A stretch of DNA of 64,000 bases from Eledone cirrhosa (Eukaryota). The notes under the pieces were generated by a model. That model saw only the letters and a program-made list of their open reading frames with translations, was not told the DNA's origin and searched no databases. The stretch spans positions 413,106,001 through 413,170,000 of the forward strand of contig OZ024740.1 in the NCBI GenBank assembly GCA_964016885.1, in the 5' to 3' direction. Position numbers and translations under genes: made by a program. Positions 58,277 to 64,000 of this stretch are shown piece by piece; position 1 is the first letter of the stretch, and every line of letters starts with the position of its first letter.

Positions 58277-58564
58277 TTATATAAATATGGTTTTATAAAT
58301 ATAGTTTCCATTTGTTAATATATTGTATATATATATATGCAATGGCGGACTGGGTGTAAACATATTGGTTGTCAGGAGATTAAGGGGATCTACCTACATA
58401 TAGAATGCTATCATATAGTTTTTATAATAAATAAATAACATTTTCGAAAAATACATAAGTGGAAACACAACAGTGCAATCAAATTTTTGCGGAAAAATAT
58501 GTTACCTTCTCCAATAAAAAATATTATGTATTTTGCGAAATCCAGAGTCTTTCAATAATGACGA

Positions 58565-58965
58565 GAAGACGACTCTAAATATTACTAATAGCTCTAGGAA
58601 TGCCATGAACGACACCACATCTTTTTAACTTTGATTTTGAAAGTAGGTTTATAATTATCAATTTTCATTATCCATTTGTAGCTGTCTAGGTGGCCTAGTT
58701 GGGGGAGTCGTAGACGTTGCTGATCCTGGTCTGAAGTTCAATCCTGGTCGGGAGTAGGGTTCCCAGTAAACATTTTCAGTTTTTGTTTGGGGGAGGGGGT
58801 TGTATATAAGAACTTGACCAGAATTGAACCCAAGGACAGGATCTCCACTCAGACAACTACGAAAATCTTATGAACATCCATACTTATAAACCTATTTTCA
58901 AAACAAAGTGTTGTGGTGTCGTTCATGTCTTTCTTAAAGTTACTGCTCCTACTTAAGGTCGACTT
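58565..58965. mobile_element. Diverged fold-back element with inward-facing tRNA-like segments
   Basis: catgaacgacaccaca..ttttgaaagtaggtttataa has its reverse complement at 58884-58926. The centre has tggcctagttgg and gttcaatcc on +, and a B-box-like gggttcaattc on -. Confidence 0.7.
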
Positions 58966-59289
58966 CTAAATCATCAATAATAGCTGATATGTCGCTGGTA
59001 AACGCTTCCATATATATATCTATTATATACAAACTCGGCATTCAACAGTTTTCCAAGAAATGGAAAGCTGAATAGACCTGTTTTTGAGGAAGAATTATTT
59101 TCCTCGTTTCTAGCACTGCCCACTCACGTCTAGTTTCCTCTTTCTCCTTTAATTTCTCATTCAATTTTGTGAGGAAATACGGGCGTCCGAACGTTTAAGT
59201 CTCCTTTCTTACGATACCAAACGTAAAATTAAAATATATCTTCATTGTATTCTTTGGATTAATTTATTTCTGTTTGCGTTTTGTGTGTG

Positions 59290-59381
<92 letters not shown>

Positions 59382-59547
59382 TAGCTAAATATACACGGGT
59401 GTGTATGATTGTGTATAGAAGATTATATTAATAAGAGGAATTCCAACTTTGTCTGATTTACTCGTTTTATTTACAATCCTTTAAAATATATATAATATGG
59501 TATTATAATGAAATAGTATGATAGAATATTAAATTCTAAGTGTTAAT

Positions 59548-59586
59548 TGAACAAGTACTTTCATGCTTTCGCAATCTTCAGGTTCA
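59548..59586 (-). ncRNA. Minimal type I hammerhead (PLE-3 3' pLTR)
   Basis: tgaac-CTGAAGA-t-tgc(gaaa)gca-t-GAAA-gta-CTT-gttca. 5-bp stem I and palindromic aagtactt. Confidence 0.78.
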
Positions 59587-59966
59587 TGATATGTGGTGAC
59601 AGTCGAGTTTGCAATTTACAACTGTAATGAGATGGGTAAATTTACTACCTTTTATACATTTTATACAGAGAAAAGTGGCTCCAGAATGCAAAGCCCTGTA
59701 AACTGTATTTCGACCAATCAGTGTGTAGTTTCACTGAATTACTACAGCTGATTGGTTTAAGCGTCACGGCTGGTTGAGCATGCTAACGACCAATAGTCAT
59801 ACCCAACGTATCAATTGTTTTGCTTTTTGAAATGATGAAAATAGCATTTTCTATTAATCATCACCATCAACATCACTTTTATTATTATTATTATTATTGT
59901 TGTTGTTGTTGTTGTTGTTAGTGGTCGTGGTCATAGTGGTAGTAGAAGTAATACCCCTAGGCGTTA

Positions 59967-62149
59967 TTATTGTTCATTTAGCTTGGGTTTGAATTTATCA
60001 ATAAAATTCTTTTCCTTGATTTTTCTCTTGATTTCACTTGGGCTGTGTAATTTATAGAATGGGAATATTATAAATATTCCCTGACCACATGTTGCCAGGT
60101 GGTCGCTTAGGGGTATCTGACGGACATTTGGGTCTCTGATTTGTTGACGGTGTACCCGTGCACGTTCCGATAGTGCATTTCCAGTTCTTCACAATTCGGG
60201 CATTTAATGCAGTAAATTAAATTTCTGCTTTTGCAGTTCATATTTGCATTTGGGAATATTTTTCCAGTTTTTGTTTTCATATATTGACCGGCGTGTATGG
60301 ATTGACATGTGCCGCATCGATTATCATTGCATTTAGATACAGTGAATGATTGGTCTTTGTTGTTAAGGTCAAACTTTGCTTTTGTTAGCAATTGCTTCAA
60401 ATTTGTTGGCTGACTTTTACTAAGAGTCAAAGATCGATCTGTGATTAAGCCTTTTAATTCATTACTTTGAGCAATGATCGGTAGGTTTGCTTTGGCAGTT
60501 GAATATATTCTGGTGACATGGGTTGTGTGTCATTATAAATGGTATGACCAGTTCTTGGTTTCTTCTTCCTTGGGTTGTTCTAAGTTGTTGTATAGGTATT
60601 TTTATAGCCCGCTGTATGCCATTTTCTATAAGTAGAGATGGGTATTTTTGTTTGAGCAAAAATTCTCTTAGTTCTGTTAGGCGTTTGTACCTGGTATTCG
60701 TATCTTCTACAATGGTACAAATTCTTCTGGCTAGGCAGTATGGGATGTTGCGTTTTGTATGAGGTGGATGGCACGACTTAAAATTCAGATATTGATGGGT
60801 GTCTGTGTGTTTATAATATATATCCGTGGTAATGGTGGTGTCGTTTTTGATTATCATTATATCTAGGAATGGTAATTTGGTCCTACTCATCTCTTTTGTG
60901 AATTGGAGAGATAGGTGTAGGTTATTCAGGAGGATATTGAACTCATCCAGAGTATCTAGAGATTCTGTCCAGATGATGAAACAGTCGTCAAGGTATCTCT
61001 TCCAAGATTTTTCAATGTACTTTCTAAAGTCAGTACTATATTTTTCCTCTATTTCTTGGTAGAGTTGTTGTTCTAAGTATCCCATTACAGAGTTCGCGTA
61101 AACGGGAGCAAACTTCGTTCCCATCGCTGTGCCTCTAATTTGGATGTAATTCTTTCCATTGAAGAAGAAAGTGTTGTTTTCCAGAATAAGTTTAACTGCG
61201 TCTAATATAAATGGCGCTGTGAATCTAATGGGAATCACCTCTCTATGTTTTTCCACCCAGTATTTAACCACCTTTATTCCTAAATCATGTGTAATGTTGG
61301 TGTAAAGGCTTACCACATCAAAACTGAGTAGAAGTGAATTCGTTTCCGTGGTTTTGGGAAGATGGGACAGGAAGTCGATATCATCCCGGATGAAACTGGG
61401 TTTATGAATACATAGTGGTTTCAAAATAATGTCAACAAAATTGCTTAGACGGTGCTTGGACCAGCTATAATAGGTCTAAGTTTTAAGTCTTTTGGGTGTA
61501 ATAATTTAATGTACTCACTGTTTTGTTCTCTTACTGCCAGTTGTATTTCTTTTGACTTTTGAGCTTTCGGTAGGCCATACAGGTTGCTGGGTTTCGGCTC
61601 AAAATTGGTGATGTAGTCACTTTCCTTATCAGTAAATGAGTTGTGGTATTTTGAAGCCAGGTTGTTGATCTTCTTCATGATGTTGTGGTCTATATTTGAC
61701 GGTATTTCATGATAGAATGTTGTGTCTTTCAGTTGTTCCTCAACCAAATCCTTGTAGTATTCAGTATCCATTATAACAACTGCACTCCCTTTATCTGCTT
61801 GTTTAATTATTATTGTTTTATCATTTTGTATACGTTTAAGTGCAGACATTTCTGATTTGTTAATGTTTGGCCTAACATTAGTATTATGTCTAAGAGGAAA
61901 TTTAGAGAGGATGTCAATGTATTGGTCGAGATAAATATTTCTTCCTTTTGGCGGAGTGAAATTTGATTTATTCTTTACTAGTGATTCATCACTCTCATTA
62001 TTTTTATCAGCAAAGAATTCTACAAGACGTAATTTTCGACAGAATTCGTGGGTATCCTCCTTCAGTTCTTGGTGGTTGACTGTTGGAGTCGGTGTGAATT
62101 TCAGTCCTTTTGACAGAATTTGCATTTCATCATTGTCAAGATCTCTTTT
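59967..62149 (-). pseudogene. PLE RT + GIY-YIG, 5'-truncated, frameshifted
   Basis: Motifs LSKGLKFTPTP, KQADKG, YGLPK..K, LRPII, SFDVVSLYT, GTAMGT, RYLDDC, CNDNRCGTC, NLIYCIKCPNC and KFKPKLN. Frame breaks near 61445, 60490 and 60185. Confidence 0.94.
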
Positions 62150-62706
62150 AGAGACCCAAATGTCCGTCAGATACCCCTAAGCGGCCACCTGGCAACATGT
62201 GGTCAGGGAATATTTATAATATTCCCATTCTATAAATTACACAGCCCAAGTGAAATCAAGAGAAAAATCAAAGAAAAGAATTTTATTGATAAATTCAAAC
62301 CCAAGCTAAATGAACAATAATAACGCCTAGGGGTATTACTTCTACTACCACTATGACCACGACCACTAACAACAACAACAACAACAACAACAACAATAAT
62401 AATAATAATAATAAAAGTGATGTTGATGGTGATGATTAATAGAAAATGCTATTTTCATCATTTCAAAAAGCAAAACAATTGATACGTTGGGTATGACTAT
62501 TGGTCGTTAGCATGCTCAACCAGCCGTGACGCTTAAACCAATCAGCTGTAGTAATTCAGTGAAACTACACACTGATTGGTCGAAATACAGTTTACAGGGC
62601 TTTGCATTCTGGAGCCACTTTTCTCTGTATAAAATGTATAAAAGGTAGTAAATTTACCCATCTCATTACAGTTGAAAATTGCAAACTCGACTGTCACCAC
62701 ATATCA

Positions 62707-62745
62707 TGAACCTGAAGATTGCGAAAGCATGAAAGTACTTGTCCA
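62707..62745 (+). ncRNA. Minimal hammerhead (inverted pLTR copy of PLE-3)
   Basis: Same motif with one stem I substitution (gtcca). Confidence 0.72.
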
Positions 62746-62998
62746 ATTAACACTTAGAATTTAATATTCTATCATACTATTTCATTATAATACCATATTA
62801 TATATATTTTAAAGGATTGTAAATAAAACGAGTAAATCAGACAAAGTTGGAATTCCTCTTATTAATATATATATATATATATATATATATTTCTCTGTGT
62901 GTGAGTGCGTGTGTGTGCATGTATATATACATGTATGTATGTATATATGAAGAGAGAGAGAGACGAAGAGAGAAAGCTAGAGATTGAGAGAAATACAA

Positions 62999-63099
<101 letters not shown>

Positions 63100-64000
63100 C
63101 ATTTATATATACATACATACGTTTCTCTGTATGCGTGAACGTGTGGTTACACAAATTGCATTTCGCTATACATTTATAATGAATTTGTTTTCTGTCAGTA
63201 ATTGATTCTCTCGGGGCTACACAACAGACTTCCTTTTATTCATCATAATAGAATCGTTATTAATATAATTTAATTACGATAGAAAATATTTTAAAGAAAT
63301 GTCACAAGATTAATATTAGCGCAAAAAGTTGCAGTATTTTTTAGTTTATTAATCCTTTGTTGTAAGATGTATACAGCTCTGCACATTTTATTGATTCCAA
63401 CAGAGAAGGAACATTGATATTTATATATATTGTAAACGGAATCTAAATGATTAATGTAAACCAAAGTAATTCTAGTTTCTATCATAAAACGTATGTGTTT
63501 GTACCATTATAAAATCCAGGAATATCTATTCCTTACTGCTTAGGTTTAATATGAGCGATATATGACTGATGTCATTGTTCTAAACAAAAGGTCTCATTTA
63601 AATTTTAATCAATTTGATTTCAAAGTTGTCTCTCTTGTCTCCCATGACAAGAAATATCTTCAACGCTAATATTTAGTGTCTTTATTTATTGTAGATTTTA
63701 TATAAAATTTATTTAAAATGTTGGATGTTCATGAATACAGGTAATTAATTTGAACAAACTGTTGGAATAGATTATCAGTTATGTTAATGAGTTTTAATTT
63801 CATTACTGTTTAAATTTAAATTGATTTAGAAGCCGTTATTTCACAATATCTTGTGCTTGTAATTGTGATCCATGGATAGTTTTCCTATGCCATTTTTAAT
63901 TAAGTGTTGATATGTCTCATATGTCATGCCGTTGTTTTTTGTTCGATGGGGTGGAATATATACACCTTATCTATCTCTGAATGAGTGTCTCTCGAAACCC

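Larger units (their letters stand above)
59424..62869 (-). mobile_element. PLE-3: Neptune-like PLE with ~715-bp inverted pseudo-LTR
   Basis: 59424-60137 is the near-perfect reverse complement of 62150-62869. RT/GIY-YIG lies between, and the right end lies in (TA)n. Confidence 0.95.

Noticed and set aside
63200-64000. Possible very old minus-strand RT remnant (IFLDF, FYDRN-like words)
   Set aside because: Too degraded to support without a profile search.

Overview
This is repeat-only eukaryotic DNA: AT-rich and dense in (TA)n, (CA)n and (TATG)n microsatellites. The repeat content suggests a cephalopod or other mollusc, which is inference. I found no host protein-coding exon, and nearly all ORF-track entries are microsatellite translations. 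The window holds three recognisable Penelope-like retroelements (PLEs; RT plus GIY-YIG): two have inverted pseudo-LTRs and one has tandem direct pseudo-LTRs, and each pseudo-LTR carries a minimal hammerhead ribozyme (HHR) motif. It also holds older PLE remnants, RTE/RTE-X LINE fragments, a tRNA-derived SINE, several fold-back elements, and a 22-kb array of a 32-bp satellite with higher-order structure. Two non-coding elements stand out. One is a 6.4-kb palindrome whose arms each carry an HHR with a very long stem II. The other is a ~517-bp family found at two diverged loci, both as head-to-tail dimers abutting (TA)n, with a conserved CUGAUGA next to a covarying helix (a retrozyme-like candidate). 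All alignments and folds were made by eye, so coordinates are approximate to a few bases.
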